DNA of 64,000 nucleotides, taken from contig OZ251997.1 in NCBI GenBank assembly GCA_965247095.1, positions 768,001 through 832,000 on the forward strand. Reading direction: 5' to 3'. This document shows positions 30,666 through 39,628 of the stretch, piece after piece (the stretch's first letter is position 1; each line of letters starts with the position of its first letter). Position numbers and translations under genes: made by a program. This DNA comes from Candidatus Multivorans sp. Its GTDB lineage: Bacteria; Acidobacteriota; Thermoanaerobaculia; Multivoradales; Multivoraceae. The notes below the pieces were generated by a model, which was not told the DNA's origin, made no database searches, and saw only the letters and a list, made by a program, of their open reading frames with translations.

Positions 30666-31151
30666 TCAGTAGCCGAGTTCGGCGTCCAGGGTCACGGACG
30701 GCGTTCCGCCCAGGCTCTGCAGCCAAGCGATCACGGCCTTGATTTCGTCATCGGAGAGATTGATCGGCGGCTCATTCATCGGCTGCATCCCGTCCTCGTA
30801 TCCGGGAACGACGAACTTCCCCGGTTCGTAGAGAGACTGCGCCAGATACTCGACATCGGACAGCCCCTCGATTCGCGTCGCCGCGCGCTGTCCGATACCA
30901 CCCAGATCCGGATAGCGGCTTGGTCCGCTGGAACCGATCTGGTGGCAGGCGGCGAGGCATTGACCCTTGCCGTTGGCCAGCTCGTTGCCGACCTCGATGA
31001 GATCCTCGGTCGTCATGTCGGCGTCGATCAGCACCGGCGGCGGAGGGTGTACTTCCTTCTGGGGCACGATCTGGCCCAGGTACATGTAGAAGGCCGTGGT
31101 GCCCAACACCAGGAGGACCATCTTGAGCGGCATCGGGACGTTCAGCTTCAT
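30666..31151 (-). CDS. Small cytochrome c with atypical CX3CH motif
   Basis: N-terminal TM, GQCLAACHQ, EYLAQSLYEP..MQPM. Confidence 0.82.
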   Translation of the reverse strand: MKLNVPMPLKMVLLVLGTTAFYMYLGQIVPQKEVHPPPPVLIDADMTTEDLIEVGNELANGKGQCLAACHQIGSSGPSRYPDLGGIGQRAATRIEGLSDVEYLAQSLYEPGKFVVPGYEDGMQPMNEPPINLSDDEIKAVIAWLQSLGGTPSVTLDAELGY

Positions 31152-33085
31152 GCCGTCCGCCCCTCCTTGAGCCGGCCGTCGGCTTCAGTGGCGGTCTTCG
31201 GCTGCCAGGGCTTCTTGCCGGCGAGGCTGCTGAGCCAGAAGACGACGCCGAGCAGGCCGAAGAAGATGAGAACGGTGACGGAGACAACCCGGGTGGCGAA
31301 GCCCAGGCTCGGAGTGTATGCCTCCGGAGAGGTGTCGAGGACCACGCCGTACACGTGCCACTCCTGTCGCAGGCCGGAGCGGACGTAGCCCATCAGGCCC
31401 ATCAGCCAGGTGAAGCTCAGCGCGATGAAGATCAGCGCGTACTGCGAGATCGCGGGCATCTTGCCCCATTGCGTCTCGCCGGGCCGCCTGGCGTTCCGGT
31501 ACAGAGGCAGGTCGATGATGGTGATCACGGCCATCGCCGCGAGCACCGAGTAGACCTGGGGTATTGCGAATCGGACTCGCATCGCGGCGTCGACGGTCTG
31601 GTGGTAGCCGTAGACGCCGAAGAAGATGACCAGCGCGGCGGTAGCGGCGAAGACCACCACCTGGGCGCGGCTCAGGAGCTGCCTCCGCGGGTGAATCGAC
31701 TGCTTGCCGGTTCGCCGGTAGAGCAGGAAGCTCATGTAGGTCGACAGGATGAGGATGTTGACCGCCGTGTTCTTGGCCGACATCTGACCCAGATAGGAGA
31801 GCTGCGGGTGGCTGCTGCCGCCCATCGCGGCGATCTCGGAAACGGACGAGATCGCATAGCGAGGCGTTGCCCAGACGGCGAAACAGAGGGCGATCGCGAT
31901 CAGCAGCCACTTGATGAACTTCTGAAAGTGGGCTGTGCCCTCGATCCGACCCATCCCCAGCCACAGGTAGTAGTTCGCGCCCAGGAACAGGTTGCCGATC
32001 AGAGCCGCCTGGAGGACGAAGAGCCAGGAGAAGGTGCCGCCCATCATCTGGATACCCAGGGTCTGGCTGTAGCGGTAGATCTCGAGTGCCAGGTAGTAGC
32101 CGGCGAAGGGCAGGGGCAGGAACGCGATGATGGCGACGAAGTTGCCGATGTAGCCCATCCAGTCGAAGTGGGCCCGCTCCTCGTCTGTCTTCGCCTGGAG
32201 GTAACGGAAGGCGGCGTACGCGGCGGCGATCGAGCCGCCGAACGCGACGTTGGCGATGATCCGGTGGATGTTGATCGGCATCCAGGTGTAGTTGAAGAAG
32301 GCGTCTCGGAGGCTTAGCAGGGCACCGCTTTCCGAGACGGCGGAGACGAAGTCCGGGATGCCGTCGCCGTCCACGTCCTCCCGCTTGCCGGGCGACATCA
32401 TGAAGGTCAGCCAGGCGTTGGCGATGAACATGATCGCGGTGCCGACCACGTTCAGCATGAAACCGAGGAACAGGTGCATCTTCGGCCCGAACTTGCCCCA
32501 GCCGTAGTAGTAGCTGTAGAGGAACAGCGCCTCCAGGAAGAACAGCAGGACGTACGGCAGGAACGTCGGCGAGAAGATGTGCATCAGGTAGTTCGTGAAC
32601 TTCGGGTAGAGGATGATCAGCCCGAAGGTCAGGAACGCGCCGAAGGTGGCGGTCATCGAGAACGAGACGCTGAGCAGCTTCGTGAACTCGTACGCCAGCT
32701 TGTCGTAGCGCTCCTCCTTGGTGACGTAGCCGACGAACTCGATGATGAAGGCGAACAGCGGCACCGCCAGCACGAAGGCGGCGAACAGCAGGTGGAGCTG
32801 CGCCAGCACCCAGACCGTGACCCGGCTGCCGACGAACGGAACCTCGCGGTACTCGGCCTCCACGTAGGGCGTGGCCTTCGCCTCCGCTTCGTCTGCGGCC
32901 TGCTCGTCGGCGATGCCCTGCTGACGCGGGGCCGGTTCCGCCTCGCCCAGCGCTTCCGCGGCGGCCACCTGGCGCTCCGGCTGGCGGTACTCGTTGTCCA
33001 CCAGAAAGCCGCCCAGGCGGACAGTGACGATCACCGCCACGAAGGCGAGAACGCCGATGCCGAAGAGGATCTTGTTTCTGCTCAC
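31148..33085 (-). CDS. Cytochrome bd-like oxidase subunit I (CydA-like, no typical Q-loop seen)
   Basis: QLHLLF and NIHRIIAN heme-ligand His positions, FFLEA, MGYVRSGLRQEWHVYG; many TMs. Confidence 0.85.
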   Translation of the reverse strand: MSRNKILFGIGVLAFVAVIVTVRLGGFLVDNEYRQPERQVAAAEALGEAEPAPRQQGIADEQAADEAEAKATPYVEAEYREVPFVGSRVTVWVLAQLHLLFAAFVLAVPLFAFIIEFVGYVTKEERYDKLAYEFTKLLSVSFSMTATFGAFLTFGLIILYPKFTNYLMHIFSPTFLPYVLLFFLEALFLYSYYYGWGKFGPKMHLFLGFMLNVVGTAIMFIANAWLTFMMSPGKREDVDGDGIPDFVSAVSESGALLSLRDAFFNYTWMPINIHRIIANVAFGGSIAAAYAAFRYLQAKTDEERAHFDWMGYIGNFVAIIAFLPLPFAGYYLALEIYRYSQTLGIQMMGGTFSWLFVLQAALIGNLFLGANYYLWLGMGRIEGTAHFQKFIKWLLIAIALCFAVWATPRYAISSVSEIAAMGGSSHPQLSYLGQMSAKNTAVNILILSTYMSFLLYRRTGKQSIHPRRQLLSRAQVVVFAATAALVIFFGVYGYHQTVDAAMRVRFAIPQVYSVLAAMAVITIIDLPLYRNARRPGETQWGKMPAISQYALIFIALSFTWLMGLMGYVRSGLRQEWHVYGVVLDTSPEAYTPSLGFATRVVSVTVLIFFGLLGVVFWLSSLAGKKPWQPKTATEADGRLKEGRTA

Positions 33086-33106
33086 TGGCTCTCCGCTGCC
33101 GGGGCG

Positions 33107-33721
33107 CTACTGGCGGGCGTCCCGCTCCGTCTGCAGCGTCCGGCGTTCTTGCTGCAACTCGCGGACGTAGGCGACGACCGCCCAACGATCCTCGGTCTTG
33201 AGCGGGTAGCGGTAGCCCGCCATCAGCCCGGAGCCGTTTGTGATGACGTCGTAGAGGCGGCCGTCGTTGTAGCCGGCGACCCGCTCATCGTGAAGCGACG
33301 CTGTGGGCGTGCCGGCCCGTTCGAACAGGATGCCCTGGCCCGTGCCGCGCTCGTCGTGGCACGGCTGGCAGTAGATCGTGTACCGGCTTCTGCCCCGCGC
33401 CAGGACCTCGTCGGTGACCGGGAGGGGCGAACCGTCCAGAAAATAGCCATCGTCGTCGCGGCCGAAGAGCAGGCGATGGTCGATGTCGAGCTGGCCGCGG
33501 GCCACGGTGCCGGCGACCGGCTGGCGCATCGCCATCCCGTCGTAGAAGAAGCCGCTCGCCTCCTGGGGGTCGTAGCGCTCCTGGTAGTCCATGTTCGGGT
33601 TCAGGTGGATGGGCGGGTAGGGCGACGGCATGCCCCGGCAGCCGAGCAGAAGCAGGGGCGCGGCCAGGACCGCGGACGCGAGCCACCGGTTGCGGCGCCG
33701 GGTTCGAACCGTCTGGCGCAT
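33107..33721 (-). CDS. actE: ACIII ActE-like monoheme lipoprotein cytochrome c
   Basis: LLLGC lipobox, NMDYQ, RQPVAGTVARG, CQPCH, DRWAVVAYVRELQ. Confidence 0.88.
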   Translation of the reverse strand: MRQTVRTRRRNRWLASAVLAAPLLLLGCRGMPSPYPPIHLNPNMDYQERYDPQEASGFFYDGMAMRQPVAGTVARGQLDIDHRLLFGRDDDGYFLDGSPLPVTDEVLARGRSRYTIYCQPCHDERGTGQGILFERAGTPTASLHDERVAGYNDGRLYDVITNGSGLMAGYRYPLKTEDRWAVVAYVRELQQERRTLQTERDARQ

Positions 33722-36700
33722 CAGTGTGCGTCCTCGGTAGCGCCGTGCCCATTGCTTTCGGCGCCGTGGTCATCGGCGGCGGGCGGGGCGGGCACGATGC
33801 TGCGGTTCGGATGGCGGATCTTCGCCAGGTAGGTTGTCCGCGGCTTCGTGTGCAGATCGTCGAGCAGGTTGTAGTTGCGAGGGCTCGTCTTCGCCTCTAC
33901 GACCTGGCTTGTCGCATCCGTGATGTCGCCGAAGCGAATCGCCTCGGCGGGACAGGCCTGCTGGCAGGCGGTGACGACATCGCCGTCGGCCAGAGGCCGG
34001 CCGTCCTGCTTGGCGTCGATCTTGGCGCGGCTGATCCGCTGCACGCAGTAGGTGCACTTCTCCATGACCCCGCGAGAACGCACCGTGACGTCCGGGTTCT
34101 TGCCCAGGTGCATCACCTCGGGGGTGTCCTTGGTGAAGTTGAAGTAGTTGAAACGCCGGACCTTGTACGGGCAGTTGTTCGAGCAGTAGCGCGTGCCGAT
34201 GCAGCGGTTGTAGACCATCGCGTTGATGCCTTCGTCATCGTGGACGGTGGCGGAGACGGGGCAGACCTGTTCGCAGGGTGCGTTCTCGCACTGCATGCAG
34301 GGCACGGGCTGGAAGTTCGTCTGCGGGTCGTGGGGCAGATCGTCGACGAGGCCGTCCGATTCACCCTCGGAGGAGAAGTAGCGGTCGATGCGCAGCCAGT
34401 GCATCTCTCGGCCTTCCATCACCTGTTCCTTGCCGACGATCGGAATGTTGTTCTCGCTCTGACAGGCGATGACGCAGGCGTTGCAGCCCACACAGGCGTT
34501 CAGATCGATCGTCATGCCCCACTGGGGCGAGTCCTTGTAGGTCCACTCGTCCCACATCGAGTTCTCGTGAGGCTTCTCGCTGTGGGCGGTGGCGAAGTCG
34601 GGGTGCTCCTCGAAGTAGTCGAGGGCGGCTTCCCTGACGATCGGCCGACCTTCCATCGAGTGATGGTCCTGGGTCTGCGCCAGGGCGTATGAACCGCCGC
34701 TGGCCTTGAGCGCGCAACGGCCGACGTGGAGGGCGTCCGAGGTGCGCAGCAGATAGGCGTTCCTGCCCGGATTGTGATCCTCGTCGTTGGCGCTGCTGGC
34801 GATCCGGCCGTCGAAGTCCCGACCGTAGCCGAGATCGATCGTCACGGTGTGGTCGGCCTGGCCGGGCACCTGCCACACCGGCAGCTCAAGTTCGCGCTCG
34901 CCGCACGCGACGGTGACCAGGTCCTCGTTCTCCAGGCCGAGGGCCGTTGCGGTGGCCGGGCTGATCAGGGCCGCGTTGTCCCAGGTCAGCTTCGTGATCG
35001 GGTCGGGGAGCTCCTGGAGCCAGCCGTTGTTCGCGAAGCGCCCGTCGAAGACCGCCGCGGAGCAGCGGAAGACGACCTCGAGTTCCTCGCCCTCGACGAC
35101 CGGGTTGGCGGAGTCGCCGGCGGCACGGACCGCGGCGGCGCAGTCTTCGGGCGTGACGGTGGCCAGCTCGGCGGCGGGCGCGGCGCTGCCGTCCTGCACG
35201 CCGTCATGGAGCACCCGGCGCCAGGCGACCTCGAACTCGGAGAGTGCGACGGGAAACGGCAGTGACATGGGATCGACGGGCGGAGCGTCCGCCGCCTCGC
35301 TGTCGTCTGCCGCCGCATCCGTGTCTTCCTGCACCGGCGCCAGGGCCTCGGCGCCGTCGTCGAGCGGCAGCCCGAGCAGTTCGGACCAGGTCTCGCGGAC
35401 CAGGTCGCGGCCCTCCCGCGCCTCGCCGAGAGCGGCCAGCGCCAGCACCTCGACGATGCTCCTGGCGCCGTAGAGAGGCTCGATCAGGGGCTGCACCACG
35501 CTGGCTGTGCCGTCGGTGGCGCGGGCATCCCCCCAGCTCTCGAGGTAGTGGGCGAGAGGAATGTGCCAGCGCGCAAAGGGGCTCGTTTCGTCGCGGTGGG
35601 TACCGAGATGAATGACCGCGCCGGCGCTGTTCAGGTTCTCGACCGCGGCGGCGAAGTCGAGGTCGGCGGGAGCGCTGTAGACCGGGTTCGCTTCCAGGAT
35701 GAGAAGGCGGTCGACGGCGCCTTCGTTCATGGCCGCCACCAGGGCGGCCAGGTCGGCGTCGCTCGAACTGCCGCTGTCCGGCGTCTGGTGGTAGGTCACC
35801 GTGGCGCCGACGTTGCCGAGCGCCGAGTTCAGTGCGTAGACCGCCGCGTGGACTTCCGCCGGCTGGCGATCGCCCGCGACGATCAGGCCGGCGCCGCGAT
35901 GATCGACCAGATCCTGCGCGACCGCCCGCAGCCAGGCGTCGTCGATGTCCGCGGAGGGAGCACCGCCGTCGAGCGGCAGCTCCAGGCCGTGTGCGGCGAG
36001 AGCGTGTCCCAGCTTGGCCACGAAGGCGGCGACCCGGCCACTCTGTACGCGCAGCCGGTGGTCCGCGTTGGCGGACGTGACCGAGTGAACGCCGTCGACG
36101 GCGTAGTGCCGGAGCATCTCCGAGGCGCCGTTGTCACCCGTACGCCGGGCCTTGGCGTAGCCGCGCAGATTGCGGACGCTGTCGCCCTCCGTACTCAGGA
36201 GGTCGGAGTCCAGGGAGAGCAGAACCTGAGTTCGATCCAGGTTGTAGACAGCGTGGTAGCGATCGTCGGCCACCGATTCGAGACCGCGGTCGGCGTTCTC
36301 GTCGCTCACCGGTTGCCAGGTGACCCAGCGCGCCTGGGGATAGCGTTCGAGCAGAGCCGACTTGAGCCGGAGCAGGGTCGGCGACGAGGACGGCTCGGCG
36401 AGGACCGCCAGCCCGGCGCCGTCGGCGGCGGGAGCGAGGTCGCCCTCGGTCCAGGCGGCGACGAAGTCGTCCCAGGACGACGCCTGGTCGCCGAATCGCA
36501 CCGTCTTGGAGCGGTCCGGGTCGTACAGGTCGAGGATGGAGGACTGCGCCCAGACTCCAGACGCACCGCCGGAAGACGGATGGAGTTCGTTCCCCTCGAC
36601 CTTGGTCGGCCTGCCCTCGTGGCTCTCCATGACCAGCCCGAGGACCCGGTTGCCGAACGGCATCGTGGTGGCGTAGGCGAGCGGAATGCCGGGAACCATG

Positions 36701-36969
36701 CCTTCAGGCGCGTCGACGTAGGGAACGATGTGTTCAACCGGGCGGCGGATCACGTCGCAGCCGGTCAAGCCGGCCAGGGAGGCGGTGGAGCCCAGCATCG
36801 CCAGCACGGTTCGCCGGCTGACGCCGTCCTGGAGCAGTTCCGCCGGCGCCTCGGAAGCGCCCTCGGGGAACTCCCGGTGCAGGAAGTCGGTCGCCCGGGC
36901 ATCGCCCTGCACCTGTTCCAGGCTGCGCCAGTAGGTCTTTGCCGGCTGGTGGCCGTTGCCTGCGCTCAT
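33721..36969 (-). CDS. actB: ACIII ActB (molybdopterin-oxidoreductase-like plus Fe-S domains)
   Basis: YWRSL, SRRTVL Tat motif, [57 protein letters not shown]. Confidence 0.93.
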   Translation of the reverse strand: MSAGNGHQPAKTYWRSLEQVQGDARATDFLHREFPEGASEAPAELLQDGVSRRTVLAMLGSTASLAGLTGCDVIRRPVEHIVPYVDAPEGMVPGIPLAYATTMPFGNRVLGLVMESHEGRPTKVEGNELHPSSGGASGVWAQSSILDLYDPDRSKTVRFGDQASSWDDFVAAWTEGDLAPAADGAGLAVLAEPSSSPTLLRLKSALLERYPQARWVTWQPVSDENADRGLESVADDRYHAVYNLDRTQVLLSLDSDLLSTEGDSVRNLRGYAKARRTGDNGASEMLRHYAVDGVHSVTSANADHRLRVQSGRVAAFVAKLGHALAAHGLELPLDGGAPSADIDDAWLRAVAQDLVDHRGAGLIVAGDRQPAEVHAAVYALNSALGNVGATVTYHQTPDSGSSSDADLAALVAAMNEGAVDRLLILEANPVYSAPADLDFAAAVENLNSAGAVIHLGTHRDETSPFARWHIPLAHYLESWGDARATDGTASVVQPLIEPLYGARSIVEVLALAALGEAREGRDLVRETWSELLGLPLDDGAEALAPVQEDTDAAADDSEAADAPPVDPMSLPFPVALSEFEVAWRRVLHDGVQDGSAAPAAELATVTPEDCAAAVRAAGDSANPVVEGEELEVVFRCSAAVFDGRFANNGWLQELPDPITKLTWDNAALISPATATALGLENEDLVTVACGERELELPVWQVPGQADHTVTIDLGYGRDFDGRIASSANDEDHNPGRNAYLLRTSDALHVGRCALKASGGSYALAQTQDHHSMEGRPIVREAALDYFEEHPDFATAHSEKPHENSMWDEWTYKDSPQWGMTIDLNACVGCNACVIACQSENNIPIVGKEQVMEGREMHWLRIDRYFSSEGESDGLVDDLPHDPQTNFQPVPCMQCENAPCEQVCPVSATVHDDEGINAMVYNRCIGTRYCSNNCPYKVRRFNYFNFTKDTPEVMHLGKNPDVTVRSRGVMEKCTYCVQRISRAKIDAKQDGRPLADGDVVTACQQACPAEAIRFGDITDATSQVVEAKTSPRNYNLLDDLHTKPRTTYLAKIRHPNRSIVPAPPAADDHGAESNGHGATEDAH

Positions 36970-37613
36970 CGATGGCACCCCGTGCAGTCCTCTGGCGGCG
37001 CGAGGCCGCGTTCCGCGATCGCCTGTTCGGCGAAGGCGTCGTGATCGCCGGTGGGCGTCCAATCCATGTCGGTAACCGCGTCGAGCGGCCGCAGATTCGG
37101 ACCCGGGTTGCGATGGCAGTCGAGGCACCAGCTCATGCTCAGGGGCGCCACCTGGGTCACGACCTCCATCTCATGGACGGGACCGTGGCAGGACTTGCAG
37201 CCGACGCCGGCGCCGACATGGACGCTGTGATTGAAGAACGCGTAGTCGGGCAGGTTGTGGACGCGCACCCAGCGCATGGGCCGACCCTGCGCCGCGCTCT
37301 TGCGGATCGGCGCCAGGAGTTCGCTCTCGCGCGCCGCGACGTGGTGGCAATTCATGCAGACCTGGGTCGGAGGGATGTTCGACACGGCGGACTCCTCGAC
37401 CGAGGCGTGGCAGTACCGGCAGTCGAGGCCGAGCTCGCCGACATGGAGCTTGTGGCTGTAGGGTACCGGCTGCACTGGCCTGTAGCCGACATCGGTGTAT
37501 TCGGGCGAACCGTAGTACCAGACGGCGCCCACCGCCGCGGCGCCCGCGATCGGTAGAGCGGCCGCCACGTACAGCGGCGCCTTGAGAGTCCACTTAGGGA
37601 AGATCTGAGCCAA
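36966..37613 (-). CDS. actA: ACIII ActA pentaheme cytochrome c
   Basis: QIFP start, one TM, five CxxCH (CRYCH, CMNCH, CKSCH, CLDCH, CTGCH). Confidence 0.93.
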   Translation of the reverse strand: MAQIFPKWTLKAPLYVAAALPIAGAAAVGAVWYYGSPEYTDVGYRPVQPVPYSHKLHVGELGLDCRYCHASVEESAVSNIPPTQVCMNCHHVAARESELLAPIRKSAAQGRPMRWVRVHNLPDYAFFNHSVHVGAGVGCKSCHGPVHEMEVVTQVAPLSMSWCLDCHRNPGPNLRPLDAVTDMDWTPTGDHDAFAEQAIAERGLAPPEDCTGCHR

Positions 37614-37712
37614 AGTCCGTACCCGGAATACAGCGAATGCAGGGTAGGAAGCCCCCTGCCCGATCCTTGAACGCGCGGAGTGTACAGCGTGCTACCGAGG
37701 TGGTCAAAGGCC

Positions 37713-37818
37713 GCCGCAAAACCTGTCGCAGGCTCCATGTTTTGCCCCAGCCCCGCCTCGCTAGGATCTCGCGCCGCGGAACTCGCCTCGCTACGTTCTT
37801 CGGCGCGAGGTCCTAGCG
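37713..37818 (-). repeat. Two-hairpin structured element, copy C (between actA and sco)
   Basis: CGCTAGGA..TCCTAGCG hairpin, GAGGCGGGGCTGGG, GCAAAAC..GAGCCTGCGA..GTTTTGC. Confidence 0.8.
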
Positions 37819-37836
37819 CCGAGATAGTGTCGGGGC

Positions 37837-38493
37837 GTGTCCGAAGGCGGTATCCAAGGCGCCCCTGGCGCCGCCCAGAAGCCGCGCCGCGGCTTCCTGA
37901 ACCCCTGGTTTCTGGCTGCTCTCGCGGGCCTCGTCCTGATCCCTGCGCTGCGGCCGCTGCTGCGCATCGAGCCCGATCCGCCGCCGGTTCTGCGGCAGTT
38001 GCCCGAGTGGCGGCTGGTGGACCAGGACGGCGAGGACTTCGGCAGCGCCGATCTTGCGGGCGATGTCTACGTCGCTTCCTTCGTGTTCACCCGCTGCGCG
38101 ACGGTCTGTCCGCGGTTGACGGCGGAGGTCAGCCGGTTGCAGCGCCGCTACCGGGAGGAGGGCGTCGACGGCGTGCGGCTGGTCAGCTTCTCGGTCGATC
38201 CCGAACACGACACCCCGGAGCGACTGCGGGACTACGCCGGGCGCCGCAGCCTCGACCTGGAGCGCTGGCGCCTGGTGACCGGGGGCGAGCAGGAGGTGCG
38301 CTCGATCGTGGTCTCTGGATTTGCCCTGCCCATGGGTGAGCGGATCGATCTCGCCGGCGGCCTGGTCGACGTGGCGCATGCGGCGCGGCTGGTGCTCGTG
38401 GACCGCGACGGTGGCGTCCGCGGGTACTACGGCTCGGACGCGGTCGGCCTGGACGAGATCTTCCACCGCACGCGGCAGATCCTGGCGGAGTAG
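37837..38493 (+). CDS. SCO1/SenC copper chaperone
   Basis: FTRCATVCP (CxxxC), SVDPEHDTPE, conserved His in VAHAARLVLVD. Confidence 0.92.
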   Translation: MSEGGIQGAPGAAQKPRRGFLNPWFLAALAGLVLIPALRPLLRIEPDPPPVLRQLPEWRLVDQDGEDFGSADLAGDVYVASFVFTRCATVCPRLTAEVSRLQRRYREEGVDGVRLVSFSVDPEHDTPERLRDYAGRRSLDLERWRLVTGGEQEVRSIVVSGFALPMGERIDLAGGLVDVAHAARLVLVDRDGGVRGYYGSDAVGLDEIFHRTRQILAE

Positions 38494-38524
38494 GGGATCG
38501 CGCCACCCGGGTTTCCAGCGGCGG

Positions 38525-39628
38525 TCAGGCTCCGGTTCGGGGCTCCATTCCCTCGATCCACTCCCGGATCAGCGCTACCGCTTCGACATCGACGAGTCCG
38601 CGGCCGAGCTCGGGCATCATGATGCCGGGGTGGGTCGATTCGAGCCGGTAGACAAGGATCGATTCGTCCGGGCTGCCTGGCACGACGCCGTAGAGGCGGT
38701 CGCCGGTGCCCTGGCCGGCCGCGACCGGATGCTTGTAGATGCCGAGTCGGGTCCGGTCGTCATGCTCCGCGCGCAGATCGAGCCCCGACGTGCGTCCGCT
38801 GCCCTTGAGGTTGTGGCAGTGGGCGCAGTTGATGTCGAGCCAGGTGCGGGCGCGTTGGTCGACGGTGCCGGTCGAGGGCTCGTTCCAGACCGGCGCCCGG
38901 GCCGCCTCGGCCGGTGACGGGGCGCCCTCGAGGAAGCCGAGACGCTGCCAGCGGGCGAGCTGATTCTCGGCGCGGCCGGGACCGCCGCCGTCGGTGGCAT
39001 AGACGAACTCCCGGTTCAACTGGCCGGCACGCGGGCCGATCGGCAGCAGGTGCTCGCCGTCCGTGCGGTGACAGGTCTTGCACTGGTTCGTGTTGGGCAC
39101 CCGATAGGTGTGTTCGACTGTCTCGCCGCTGCTATCGACCCAGGAGACGTCGAGGGGACCGCCGACGATCGCCAGTTCCGCCTCGGTCTGTTCCTCGTTC
39201 CAGATGTAGGGCAGCCCGACCCAGCCGCCTTCTTCGTGAATGAGGAGCCGGGTCTCGATCAGCCGCACGCCGGCCGCGTTCTCGCGGAAGTCGGCGGGAT
39301 ATGCGAACGTCTTCACGATGACCGTGCCGACGGGGAACTCGAACGGTCCCGCTGCGCGGTAATGCGCCGGCTGAAGGGCGCCGTCCGGGGCGGTAGGGAG
39401 CCGGACGAAGCGGAACTTCAGCGCGTAGTCGGAGAAGAGAGGCGTGTTCAGGTCGTACGGTTCGACCCCAGGGGCAGGCGTCTGGGTCGAACCGTCGCCC
39501 GCGAAGAGCTCCCAGGCCGACAGCGTCTGCGGATAGCGGTCGAATGGGCCGCCCCCGGCCGGAGAATCACCGCTCGAACAGCCGGAGGCCGCCAGGAGGG
39601 CGACCGCCGGGACGAGCAGCGCCTTCAT
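38525..39628 (-). CDS. SO2930-like diheme c lipoprotein
   Basis: AASGC lipobox, PLFSDYALKFRF, IETRLL, CKTCH, NCAHCH, MMPELGR. Confidence 0.88.
   Translation of the reverse strand: MKALLVPAVALLAASGCSSGDSPAGGGPFDRYPQTLSAWELFAGDGSTQTPAPGVEPYDLNTPLFSDYALKFRFVRLPTAPDGALQPAHYRAAGPFEFPVGTVIVKTFAYPADFRENAAGVRLIETRLLIHEEGGWVGLPYIWNEEQTEAELAIVGGPLDVSWVDSSGETVEHTYRVPNTNQCKTCHRTDGEHLLPIGPRAGQLNREFVYATDGGGPGRAENQLARWQRLGFLEGAPSPAEAARAPVWNEPSTGTVDQRARTWLDINCAHCHNLKGSGRTSGLDLRAEHDDRTRLGIYKHPVAAGQGTGDRLYGVVPGSPDESILVYRLESTHPGIMMPELGRGLVDVEAVALIREWIEGMEPRTGA

Noticed and set aside
28005-36969. Nitrite oxidoreductase or a catalytic molybdoenzyme
   Set aside because: No NxrA/NarG-type subunit in the window; the large subunit has ActB architecture, which is known to lack a Mo cofactor.
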